64,000 nt of DNA from Octopus sinensis. Lineage: Eukaryota. The position numbers and the translations under genes are program-made. Each line of letters opens with the position of its first letter. Position 1 is the first letter of the stretch. The stretch spans positions 164,920,001-164,984,000 of the forward strand of contig NC_042998.1 in NCBI RefSeq assembly GCF_006345805.1, read 5' to 3'. The notes under the pieces were generated by a model. It was given only the letters and a program-made list of their open reading frames with translations, did no database searches and had not been told where the DNA came from. Below, piece by piece: positions 1 through 12,720 of this stretch.

Positions 1-193
1 TCATTTAGTCTTTTTATTGATTAATTCCATGATATACAGTACTGATGATATATAAATTTAAATTGACTCATGAGCCAGCATATACATACATATGCACACA
101 TGCAGTATAGACATATTTATTGTATACATGTATGTTTGTGTGTGCGCGCGTCTGCTTGTTTTCAGCAGGCTTAGTTTTCAAATTAACTTTCAC

Positions 194-800
<607 letters not shown>

Positions 801-1011
801 TATTTTTGTCGTTAGCAGGCTACTAATATCGATGTTGCTGCTGCCGTTCTTGTTGTTTTTGACCTTGTTGCTGTCCTCGTTAGTTACAACTCAATAAATA
901 CCATATCATTTTTTTTCCTTCTTTTCTTACCATTTTGGTTTTTCCTTTCTCCTCGACTGCATTTCAATTAGAAATGTTAATATCTTTGTTACTACTGTTT
1001 TATGCCTCATT

Positions 1012-1086
1012 TAACGTCATCAGTGAACACTGCACGAAAATAGGCCAATGAGACTAAGCGAACTTACCGGAAGTTGTGTAACGTCA
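1012..1086. promoter_or_regulatory. Possible promoter-like motif cluster with a minus-strand splice donor
   Basis: TAACGTCA at 1012 and 1079, CCAAT at 1045, CCGGAAGT at 1067-1074; minus-strand CCG|GTAAGT at 1068/1067. Motif match only. Confidence 0.2.
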
Positions 1087-1485
1087 CTGCCTTCAAATCT
1101 GCCTCATAAAATGACATATTTTTCCATGAGAGGCACATATGCATGCGTCAGCGATTTGTTCGTATATTTAAAATGACGGGAAAAAGCCATCAACTTTCTC
1201 TGCTTCGTTCGGGTTGGTTTCAGATGCTCAATGTATTTATCATGTATGCTATAGGGTTTGCAATAGTACATTAATGTGAATATGTGTATATTTCTGTCTT
1301 GCGATGTTAAAATGATTGTACATATTTGAGTTAATCCCTTCTCTATGCTTGCCTTTTCCCAACTGTCCATGAACATTTGTTTGAATATTTGTTTTGACTT
1401 ATATGTGCGTACGTGGACCATGCTTTTTTTACTTAAATACTTGAATGCGTGTGTTGAATGTTACAACTTGTAAATGAATAAACTG

Positions 1486-1486
<1 letters not shown>

Positions 1487-1551
<65 letters not shown>

Positions 1552-1557
1552 CAGAGA
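1487..1557. repeat. (TG)n(AG)n microsatellite
   Basis: Direct reading. Confidence 0.97.
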
Positions 1558-1784
1558 GTTTATAGTTGATTACGAAGGCTGACATTCCTCACTGCTTCAT
1601 ACTTATATTTTCCTATTCTGACATGCAGATTGCTTCTTAAAAATTTAATTTTGCTTTTTCGGATCTTCCTAACTACAATGAAAAAGATTGCTGAAGGAAA
1701 ATCGTAGTAATGTGACAAAAGCAAATAAAAAGATGCAGTCTTCGGTAATGTTTTTATTATTGTAATACCACTAACTCGACAGCG

Positions 1785-1959
1785 ATTTAGGGGGAGGAGA
1801 GTAGTCGATTACATGAATTCCAGTGTTTCACTGGTAATTAATTTATCGATCCCGAAAGTCGACCTCGGCGGAGCATTTTGCTTGGCGTGGTAAAGACGGA
1901 CGAAATGCCGTAAAGCATTTTGCCCGTCGTAGTAAACGATTCTACCATCTCGCTGTCTT

Positions 1960-1960
<1 letters not shown>
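1785..1960 (-). mobile_element. SINE-A (tRNA head plus Meta/MESC-like domain), internally deleted
   Basis: Matches other SINE-A copies (ttatcgatcccgaaa, gtcgacctcggcgga, acgattctaccatctcgc); followed by the (TAA)n tail of the next copy. Confidence 0.85.
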
Positions 1961-2008
<48 letters not shown>

Positions 2009-2010
2009 TA

Positions 2011-2217
2011 ATGATTTCAAATTTTAACACAAAGGCAGCAATTTGGGGGGAGGGGTTAAGTCGATTACACTGACCCCCACTACTTATTTATCGATCCCGA
2101 AACGATGAAAGGTAAAGTCGACCTTGGCGGAATTTGAACTCAGAACGTGCAGACGGACGAAATACCGCTTAGCATTTTGCCCGGTGTGCTAACGATTCTG
2201 CCAGCTCGCAGCCTTTA
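2011..2217 (-). mobile_element. SINE-A, tail type T3
   Basis: Reverse complement reads ggctgcgagctggcagaatcgttagcac...gttctgagttcaaattccgccaaggtcgac...tcatcgtttcgggatcgataaataag; ends in (ATT)n. Confidence 0.92.
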
Positions 2218-2954
2218 AATAACAATAACAACAACAACAGCACCAATATCGGCAATAAAGAAAAAAGGTAAACGAAAAATATATAATTTGAAAGGGAATC
2301 GAACTGCTACTACACAGTATTTGAACGAAGCACTTCGTCGAATAGGTCATGTTGACCTGTTTTGTAGAAATATCTCATAATTCTATCCAAGGAGAGACAT
2401 TTTATTTCCGTCACATTTTCTACAGATTTTGCCACTTGCTGTTTATGTATCAATCAAGCAACTCGTTTTAAGGATGATGTTTCATTAAGCAGGCGTTAAT
2501 CCGTTTCACACGCACCAATATTCGTTTCTCCAGAGTACTTATGAATATTTATTAATCTGCAAGTCAAGCGACTTTGATCTGAAACCACCACTAGAGAAGA
2601 AAGCAGAAATTTTTTGCCAACTCGTGTCTAATAAGGTGTGGAAAATTATGGTGTAGAATATCAGGATGTGCTGCTGTATATGTTGGTACTGATGTGAGTA
2701 TGAAGGTGTTTGAGGAGGAGTTATTCTTCATTGAAACTGTTGCCAATAGTGATTTCTTAATAAGGTACAAAATGTTTTTGTTTTGAGCTGAAGGGAATAG
2801 TTAGACCAGAATAATTGTATTACTCGTACGATTAGAATAAAAATCTGTTCCTTTCCTGTTTCGTCTCATTTACTTCCGATGGCTTACGTGGTTGTTTTCT
2901 TTTCCTGGGGCCTTCGCCTGTCATTAATGGCCATGGATCAAGATTCTAGCTTAC

Positions 2955-3233
2955 CCATCTTACTGGAACAGCATTGTTTATGGCTGAACAGTTTGATGCG
3001 CCAATGACAGTCTCTCCCATATACATCGTACTTGTGAGCAGTCCCGGCGTTGTGCGAACTGTAGCGATGAATTATAACCGGTAACTTTTGCTCCTCATTT
3101 GCTCCTCGTGTTGTGTCAAAGCCGTAGTGTCCTCTCCAGTGCGTTGTCCGTTGGGATACATGCCTGGGAAGTATGGTATGGAGGACAAGTTGCTGTCCAT
3201 GCACTGCATCTCGTCTCCACGTCACATATGGAT
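2955..3233 (-). CDS. Candidate internal exon, product unknown
   Basis: tttctttag|ATCC acceptor and ATGG|gtaagc donor; 279 nt (93 codons), phase 1/1, open frame DPYVTWRRD...CSSKM; GC-richer unique sequence; no domain recognised. Confidence 0.2.
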
Positions 3234-3994
3234 CTAAAGAAACTGTGCAGCTGCCACAATATAGCACTAGCGTGGTCGCAGGATTTGCTAGAGCGTGGTT
3301 GTAAAAAATGTCGAAATGCCTCATTGCTGGGTAAGGCCGCAAGAGAGCGCAAGTTTTGAATCAAAGATTTCCTCCTATTAAATGACTCCTTATTTTCTGA
3401 ATTCAAATAAGTTCAGAAGCTCTTTAGCCAGTTTAACTTTTAGGATTCAGTAAAATAGATAACTTGAGATTTATGATTTAATCCTCCTACTACTAAACTG
3501 CGATATACACCTAACATCGAAAAAGCGAGAACCTTTGACCTGTCACAGAAATCAGTAGAATTAGCTACCAAAGTTTCCTCTAATATTCATCTTATTTTTT
3601 TTAACACACACACATATATTCGATAATGCACTGTGAAAACCTGTCTCGATAATATAAGGGAAATGTCGAGTTGAGAAAGCTTTTGAAAATCGGTATGTTA
3701 CTTTAAAGTTGACCTACGGCTAAATACATTGACAAAAGTAATCATTGAAATAGATATAATTCCTTATTGTTCCGGGTTTTGGATAATAGGACCAGTTTGT
3801 ACTTTTTGGTAGAAATGCATTCTTTGGAATCTAAATCAGGAAGAAAATGCCTCTGGCTATTGTTGTTGCTGTGTAACAGCAGAATAACTTTGAATATTGA
3901 GAGTTGTGGTCAATGGCGTTTCAGTCGTCACCATTCAATCTGGAATTAACATCATAATATCCTTCCGTCTTATAGCAGTAGTCAATTTAATATA

Positions 3995-4209
3995 GGTTTC
4001 AAATTTTGGCAGAAGGCCAGCAAGTTCGAGGGATGGGGGCAAATCGATTACATCGACCCCAGTATTCAACCTTTACTTATTTTATCGACCCCGAAAGGAT
4101 GAAAAGCAAAGTCAGCACTGACCGAATTTGAACTCAGAACGTTAGGACACACGAAATGTCGGTAAGCATTTTGCCCGGCGTGCAAGCGCCTCTTCTGGCT
4201 CGCTGCCTC
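3995..4209 (-). mobile_element. SINE-A, tail type T3
   Basis: ttatcgaccccgaaaggatgaaa...gaatttgaactcagaacg...gcattttgcccggcgtgc. Confidence 0.9.
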
Positions 4210-4579
4210 AGTAGTCGATTTTAATATTGATAATAATAATGATGATTTCTTTATTAGCCATCAGGGCTCGCACAAAAAAAAACAACAACAAAAAACGAGG
4301 ACATTACAAGGAGAGGGTTACAGAAAGTTAAGGAGTTTTATGCTTAAATTAAAACAAATATGGTAATATTAAAATTTCAGCAGGTAAAATTCCCTCAAAA
4401 AGGTAGGGAGACTTCTAAGATTTGGTTGCTATTTCGATAGGCCGAGGGACCCCTGACTGGCTTCTCGTTTTGTTAGTTCGAACTACAATTATTGTTATGG
4501 TTAGATATTATCAAATCTAGTACATTACTGGTAATTATTATGTCTATTCTAGATGTAACAATGACCACTCACACCAGTG

Positions 4580-4628
<49 letters not shown>

Positions 4629-4774
4629 TATATATATGTATATATATATATCAGTTTCTCGATCTGAAAAAGACAGCTCTGTAGTTTCTTGCCGATCATT
4701 CTGCACAAACAATTTGTTTATTTGCGCCATTCATGAACCTGCTCCCTTCATCAAATTGACATTTCTTATATATA

Positions 4775-4920
4775 TATCACACGTCAAATGTCCAAGTGAT
4801 CGCAGAGCAGCCAGAGATGAAGCATTTTGCTCAAGAACACAATGTACCCGCGGTCCGAGAATCGAACCCACTAGCTCGCGACTGTGAGTGCGACACCTTA
4901 AGTACTAGACCACTCGCTCG
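4775..4920 (-). mobile_element. SINE-C (CORE-like) partial, diverged
   Basis: gatgaagcattttgctcaagaacacaa...ggtccgagaatcgaaccc matches the copies at 15516 and 56511. Confidence 0.7.
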
Positions 4921-5325
4921 CTGAGAAAACAGAAGTAAAGGACTGACAAACCCAAGTATTTGAATGCATTTAGAGGACATCCTAGTGGTTTGATAATATT
5001 CAATAATGTTTTATTACTTTGGTGCAAAGCCAAAAATGTGTAAGTAAGGATATACAACAGGTTTGCTCTTGTATAGTTTATCAAAGAGTAGTGACGGGTA
5101 AAAATCCACATCGTCAGATTTTGATCTCAGAAGCTGATGATGATGGCGTTGGGACAAAATGCATTATTTATTCAAAACAATGTGAATAAATAAACATATT
5201 TGATACAGTAGCCTGAATGCTAAAATGTTAAATACTGAAACGGAATTTAGTCCGGCGCTTTTGCTTTTGACACTCCACAACCCGCCAGCCATTTACAATA
5301 ATAACTTCAGTAAATAGATTCAAGT

Positions 5326-5555
5326 CAGGGAGCCTTTATATGGTGTCTCGCTGGTGGAAATACCAGCCAGCCAGCCAGCCAGCTCTCTTACAAGTTACAT
5401 CTTACTCTCTTAGGAAAAAGAAAGAGATACTCTGGATAACGTAGTGCTGATTGCACTGATATAGGATGGCTATGATTTCAAGGCTACTTTTGATCATGAG
5501 TCTATTCCATAAGGGTCGATTGGAAGTAAACTACATCAACGATAACAACAACGGC
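5326..5555 (+). repeat. Old dispersed repeat family D (ends in CAA-rich tail)
   Basis: agggagcct...gaaataccagcc...ggatggctatg...tttgatcatgagtct...aacaac; related copies at 27035, 34750, 39555 and 52380. Confidence 0.6.
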
Positions 5556-6566
5556 AGCAGTTACTGTAAATTGATACCTTTATATATCAAAGCATAATAA
5601 AAATCAGAAAAATTGTTATCTCTTAAACAAATCAGAGCAAATTTTGATATGAATAGTGGTTGGAGTGAATGTCAAATAAATACATCAGTCACTTGACAAG
5701 TGACAAGTTAATTAACACCTAGGTTTTATCACAGAAGGCGTCAACTTACAGTCATCCTAAGCTGTGTCGCTCGAAAGAAACATCATTCGGAATTCGAAAA
5801 ATTCGTAGCTCAAACTATTTCTTCTAATTATATGAAACAAATGACATTCATTGTTTTTCTAATAATTTATTTCAATATACAGAAATTTATGAGATTTTGG
5901 CAAGAATCTTTTCGGATTTTTCTCCACCGTTATAAAAGTTTCAGATTGGAATTCAATTTTCGGGGCAATAAACGTTGTTCAAATTGAGTATAATTTCTAA
6001 TCAAATGCTATTTGAATTGAATATTCTATCAACCGAATGCTTCTCCGCTTCTTTCTTTCGTTCGTGACTGGCTATACTTTTCTTTTGCATTCTTTCTTTC
6101 CTTCTTATCACATATGGATTCGTTTATATACAGAAATTCATTATGTGGTGTTATACTTAATTTATTAGTTTGATTTGATATATGCACGCGCACAGGCACA
6201 TAGATTATAGGATCTGATTATAATTACATATTCATCCCCCGTATATTTCTTTCTCTCTATCTTTTCCTCTCATTCTTTCACTATAGATATACTCACAACA
6301 CACACATACTCTCTAATATACAACATATATATATATGTGCTTTGATTATATAATTTATGAATAATTTGCCAATACACAAGGTTTCGCCGTCTTTATTTTG
6401 TGTCCGTCCATTGATATTTCAATTCATTTTTCATTAATGCGTATATCCTAATACACTTGCGCGCGCGCGCACACGCACACACACACACATATATACATAC
6501 ATACATACATACATACATACATACATACATACATACATACAACATACATACATACATATATATGTG

Positions 6567-6569
<3 letters not shown>

Positions 6570-6628
<59 letters not shown>

Positions 6629-7402
6629 ACACATACACACACAGACGGACAGAAGAGAGAGAAGGATGGACAAGTAGATAGGTACCATATATAAAGCGAA
6701 CATAGCAAAACGTAGCCGGTGTTTTATGATTCATATAATGTACCGGTGTTTCAGAAACCGGTCGTCGTTAATTGCGTAAGTCTGTAGTTCCTAATAGGCA
6801 ACAATGCAGGCAAGCTCATTTTTCAGCATTATGAGCAAAAATACAGCACGATGCAAGATATTACATTTTGATAATCATGTTGATGAAGTGAGCCGGCTGC
6901 ATTGTGTGGTGTAATAAAGGCCCACAGGTTTACGTAATTAGCAGCAACCGACATTCTGAAATACGTGCACATTATATAAAATGCCGCTCACTTTTTGTGT
7001 ATTCCCTTTCTATGTGGTAGGCGGACTTCGAACACTAGTCAGTTAAGAAGGTTATGGTCAAATTACGCCGACCTATCTACCCTGCCCAGAACTTATGGTA
7101 ACGTCCGCACCTTCCATGGCACATTTTATGCATACATACATACATACATACATACATGCATACGTGCATGCATGCATGCATGCATACATACATACATACA
7201 TACATACATACATACATACATACATACATACATGAAGAGAGAGAGAGAGGGAGCCAAAAGAAGACAATCTCCTGTAGTCCATTTCTTAGAGAGACCATAA
7301 GTCAACAATTTTGGGATCTGATGATAAGCCGTAAATCTAAGCGCTTCATGAACCTGAAACTTTATCTAACTTTATACATATATGTACATATATATATATA
7401 TT

Positions 7403-7438
<36 letters not shown>

Positions 7439-7529
7439 CATTTGCACACACACATATATACTTTTGATATATGCGTATATGTATGAATGTGTTTAAGTAT
7501 GTGTAGAAATATGCATACATATGTATGCG

Positions 7530-7584
<55 letters not shown>

Positions 7585-8343
7585 ATATACACATACACAC
7601 ACAGACGGACAGAAGAGAGAGAAGGATGGACAAGTAGATAGGTACCATATATAAAGCGAACATAGCAAAACGTAGCCGGTGTTTTATGATTCATATAATG
7701 TACCGGTGTTTCAGAAACCGGTCGTCGTTAATTGCGTAAGTCTGTAGTTCCTAATAGGCAACAATGCAGGCAAGCTCATTTTTCAGCATTATGAGCAAAA
7801 ATACAGCACGATGCAAGATATACATTTTGATAATCATGTTGATGAAGTGAGCCGGCTGCATTGTGTGGTGTAATAAAGGCCCACAGGTTTACGTAATTAG
7901 CAGCAACCGACATTCTGAAATACGTGCACATTATATAAAATGCCGCTCACTTTTTGTGTATTCCCTTTCTATGTGGTAGGCGGACTTCGAACACTAGTCA
8001 GTTAAGAAGGTTATGGTCAAATTACGCCGACCTATCTACCCTGCCCAGAACTTATGGTAACGTCCGCACCTTCCATGGCACATTTTATGCATACATACAT
8101 ACATACATACATACATGCATACGTGCATGCATGCATGCATGCATACATACATACATACATACATATACATACATACATGAAGAGAGAGAGAGAGGGAGCC
8201 AAAAGAAGACAATCTCCTGTAGTCCATTTCTTAGAGAGACCATAAGTCAACAATTTTGGGATCTGATGATAAGCCGTAAATCTAAGCGCTTCATGAACCT
8301 GAAACTTATCTAACTTTATACATATATGTACATATATATATAT

Positions 8344-8381
<38 letters not shown>

Positions 8382-8471
8382 CATTGCACACACACATATA
8401 TACTTTTGATATATGCGTATATGTATGAATGTGTTTAAGTATGTGTAGAAATATGCATACATATGTATGCG

Positions 8472-8545
<74 letters not shown>
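6570..8545. repeat. Near-identical tandem duplication, unit about 0.95 kb
   Basis: acagacggacagaagagaga at 6641 and 7601; atgtatgcgt at 7521 and 8463; differences are mainly microsatellite lengths and 1-nt indels; units bounded by (AT)n. Confidence 0.95.
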
Positions 8546-8549
<4 letters not shown>

Positions 8550-8659
8550 TTATATGCATATATAACTTAATATGGGCAATATTGAAACTTTCTTGTTCAG
8601 CAGGAAATACGTGGGATAAAGAGTCGATCAAGAAGTCACAGCATTATCTTTCTGTCTAT

Positions 8660-8808
8660 TTTCTTTTATTTCTTTCTATTGAAGAGGGTAGGCGCGAAAC
8701 GTAAAAGACTTTCTAAATTTTCCCGAGCGTCAAACTAATACACTTGCTTGTTGTTCATACACCTGTTTTCGTTCTTTGTTTTTATATAAATTTCAACTAT
8801 ATATATAT
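8660..8808 (+). mobile_element. PLE 3'-end fragment with degenerate hammerhead-like motif
   Basis: Homologous to 9815-9945 and 56290-56420: gaagagggtaggcgcgaaacgtaaaagactttct...cccgagcgtcaaactaatac. Confidence 0.75.
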
Positions 8809-9814
8809 ATACACATTTGTGCGTGCGTGATATGCAAACACTTGCAGAAACATCGACCTTCGAGCAGTTTTGAACCAGCTTGTGTAGTGTACTGTGTATA
8901 TTATTTCGGTTATACTTGTTACGGTGCAAATTCGGACTATTTATATAAGGGATTTAAATCCAATGAAACTTCTAAATGATTAACACTTGTGTTAATCAGA
9001 ATTATAACGTGTTCTACTTACTTTGAAATATCACCTAACATCATTTGTACCTTGCATCGATTTATTAGTCGATATCATCTGAAGAACCATTGTAGTTTCT
9101 TTTCCCTGCTTCGTCTTTCTGAAATACTATTTTTTTGCAAAATAGCTTGTCAGCCTTGTTTGAATAGGATGAGGACGAAAGCTATTTCGCTCGTGACCGT
9201 CAAGCACGAGAGTGCTTCAATGACGATCATTATACAATGTATCCGTGTTTATCAAGACGTTCGGTTGTAATTTGATGGAGATTTGACTGATATCTCTAGC
9301 ATACGAAGAGGCTACTTAGAAAACAAACTAGTCGCAACAAACTTGTCGAGAAGATGTCAAAATTTTAAACCATAAATAGGTCAGTAATTGGTGTCATAAT
9401 AGTAACAAATAAGTAGGTCAGTTGTATTTTTACATATTTTATTACGACCTGGCACAGCACATGCAGAATACTTTTATATTTTACTATCTCCATAATTTTC
9501 CGCCACGTGATCTGCCAAAGTGATCGTGATAACGAGGAAATCTCTCCAAAATCATGCCTATCTTCTTGAAATAAGCGTAACGACTTTACAGGGTAATGTA
9601 ATTTATTATGTAATATATTTGAGGAATCGTGCTAGAATGTCTTTATTAATAGGTCTACCCCGAGTAAGTGTAGACTTGTGGATAAATAGTAATAAATGCA
9701 ACGTCATGTTCGGGTTTGCTAAAAATAACAATAGCGTATTATTCATATCAGTCTCCTTACTATTTTAAAACTGAAGGTCACATTTGATAATATAATCTTT
9801 AATATCATATCATA

Positions 9815-10770
9815 TATAGTTGGAATTTACAGAAAAACAAAAAACGATGACAGGTGTATAAACAACAAACAAGTGTATTAGTTTAACGCTCGGGAAGGTG
9901 AGAAAGTCTTTTACGTTTCGAGCCTACGCTCTTCAAGAAAAAGAAAAACGACGAAATAAAAAGAGAGAGAATAAAAAAGCTTTTGGAGCTAGCAGCTAAT
10001 CATGGCGGTTGGATGGACAGAGGTAGTTAGGAGAGCTAGGAAGAAGGGGAGATAATAAAGTATTGGTGATCCCAAAATGAAGGTGCGCGTGTGCCTGTAT
10101 GTGAGAATGTGGATAGGGGCTGGTGACTAACGTGTGGATGTGTGCGCGTGTGTGTGTGTGCGTCTGTAATATGTGGGTGAGTGGATGATGGTGTGTGAGG
10201 ATGTGAGGGTGGGATGTGGGTTTGAGGTTAGGCTGTGTGGGTAGGGTGGGATAGTGGAGTTGGGATGTGTAGGAGTGGGTGTGGATGGAGGGGTAATGAT
10301 GTCGGGAGAAGCTGGATAGGAATGAAGAGAAGTAGGTGTCAGGGCAAGAGAGGAAAGGATAGGTAGGTAGGAGTGAAGAGAGGAAGTAGGTGTGAGATAA
10401 AGGGAGGAGAGGAGGGGTGGAGAGATGAGCCCATGTGGTTCAAAGGAGCGAAGAGAGAATATTAGTTCACGGCGAAGGCGGGAGACCGGATGGCCCCTGT
10501 GCAAAGACAATCCAAATACAGATAGGTGTTGTAATGAATGACCGGTAGAGCGGAAATGACACGAGACCGGGGTGTCGTTGCCGTGTCTAATGTCTCAGAG
10601 GCGTTCCGCGAACCGGTCAGCCAATCGGCGTCCCGTTTGTCCGATGTAGAAGGACAGAAAGAGCAGGAGATGCAGTAAATGACGTTGCTAGAAGTGTATG
10701 TAAAGGAGTCAGTGATATGAAAGGGACGATGATGGGTTCCTGTGAGACAAAAATATACCTTCATCAATCT
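9815..10770 (-). mobile_element. 5'-truncated Penelope-like element (Neptune-like)
   Basis: GIY-YIG endonuclease remnant at 10430-10765, CT-rich 3' region, then a hammerhead-like terminal segment at 9815-9945. Confidence 0.85.
10430..10765 (-). pseudogene. GIY-YIG endonuclease C-terminus of a PLE (frameshift and stop)
   Basis: FTYTSSNVIYCISCSFCPS / YIGQTGRRLADRFAERL*DIRHGNDTPVSCHFRSTGHSLQHLSVFGLSLHRGHPVSRLRRELIFSLRSFEPHGL. Confidence 0.88.
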
Positions 10771-11074
10771 ACAAATCGAGATAGCAAATACTAGCTTTCG
10801 CTTGGATGATCATTATATATATCAGCATATTGCGAGCAGTTTGATTGTTGTTCCAAACACTCATGAGCCGTTCCATATTAAGTAAAATTCAACAAATATA
10901 TCCGGGCAGTTGATTTACTGTTTGATTATTTAAACTAGTTTTCTATTCATGGTTAACTTATAGTTCCACTGTAGTCATTACAAGCAAAGTTGTCTTAGCA
11001 GCATTATAGACCCATGTGAAAATCGATGCATTGTGGTCTATAGTATTTATTCATTGACAGAAAACATAGCTCAG

Positions 11075-11141
11075 AATCGGCCCCCTATACCGAGTGGACC
11101 CCGGGCAACTGCCAGTGTGCCCATACCTTAAAACGGCACTG
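11075..11141 (-). mobile_element. Possible hAT-type terminal inverted repeat fragment
   Basis: Reverse complement CAGTGCCGTTTTAAGGTATGGGCACACTGGCAGTTGCCCGGGG resembles hAT termini; partner end not found. Confidence 0.35.
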
Positions 11142-12034
11142 ATTGAAAACTTTAATGTTTTTGAAAAATTGCTGAATTTTTCTTTTTCGTCAAACCCTTG
11201 TAGAACATCAAATCTCTTGTTCAACTTACTTTGACCCCTTTTGGTACTATTTTTTTCACTCGATATTCCTTTCCTCCTCTGTCAACTTGAATAAGGGCTA
11301 TGCATTATTCTGGATAGACAAGAATATCATACCAAATAGTAAAGCAGTAGAATTCGAAGAAATTACTGATGATGTTCTGCATGGGCAAAAAGTCGATGTT
11401 TTGTAATTTGGGATGCAAGGATGGAATTGAAAAAAATGAAACTAAAGGAGTGATGTCCAAAGATTTGATTCCCACGATGTGAGATGAAGTAAAAGACTAA
11501 GGGTGAAAACTTGAGACCAAAATCAATTGAATTGTTTCTTGTAAAGTAAATAAATAAATGGTAAATCGGAAACGGGAACGGGAAGTTGTTAGCAAGGATG
11601 CTGAAAGCAATAGAAAATAAAGAGTCTGTAATAGAAAACGCAAATAATTCAAAGATTTAAAAATATACAAAGAATGGTGACAGAAAAATAACCTGAGGAG
11701 AGACAGGATATATTAACATGTCACACCAAATATTGATTATTTCAAAGAAAAAATTATCATTTCTTTTTTTCTTTTTTTGTATAAAACTGGTTTATATCTT
11801 TTAAAGTTTACCCGAAACTCATTATGAGTGACTTATAGACCGATTCCCTAAATCGGTGTCTATAATTTACAATTTGCAAAATTCTTTGGTCAGAGTTAGT
11901 GTGACGCGAAGAAAACCTGCATATAGATACGGAGAAGAAAGAGAGTGAGAGGTAATTTAATCGAAAGATAAATAGATAGAGTGACAGGAATAAGTTGTGA
12001 AAGGATACAATAGACAAACTAAATATATATATAC

Positions 12035-12068
<34 letters not shown>

Positions 12069-12529
12069 TGAGTGTGCGAGAGAGAGTGAGAGTGCGAGAG
12101 AGTGTGAGTGAGAGAGTCAGTGTGTGTGTATGTGTGTGTGTGTGTGTTTGTTAGAGGCAATGGGAATGATTTCATTTGATTAGATGACAAAAAACATTGG
12201 AGAGAGTTCGGCGACCCTGTGCGCTCTATTCGACATTGATCGTGTATTCTATCATTCTCAGGCGGCAGTCTTCTTTAAACAAAAAAGAAAGATAGCCATA
12301 ATATACTAGAATTATAAAACAAATATCGAAAAATAAACAGTCGAAGATAATATAGAGCAAAATATCAAAATCTTCAAACAACCAAATTAGCCTCTTTGGT
12401 TGGTGTGTGTGCGTGTGCGTGCGTGTGTGTGGGTAAATCACTGTGTAGACACAGTGATTTACACCTTCCCTCACGCGCGCACACACACACTGTCGTAGAT
12501 CATTTTGTGTGTAAAACAAATATAAGAAA

Positions 12530-12720
12530 CCATTGGCAGAATATCAGCGGCATTTCTTCCGGTCTTTTTACGTTCTCTGTTCGAGTCCCACCGTGGTCAC
12601 CTTTGCCTTTTATTCCAGCGGGGTTGATAAAACAAAGGACCAGTCAAGCACTGAAGTAGGTGTAATAGCCTGACCCTTCCCCTCAAAATTGCCGCCCTTG
12701 GATCTGAACCAGAGAATGTT
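12530..12720 (+). mobile_element. Diverged older SINE-A copy
   Basis: ttggcagaatatcagc...tacgttctctgttcgagtcccaccgtggtcacctttgccttttattccagcggggttgataaaac...ccagtc. Confidence 0.7.

Noticed and set aside
7310-7370. CTGATGA...GAAAC in the duplicated unit (and CTGATGA at about 16727)
   Set aside because: No stem II or stem I pairing; not a hammerhead.
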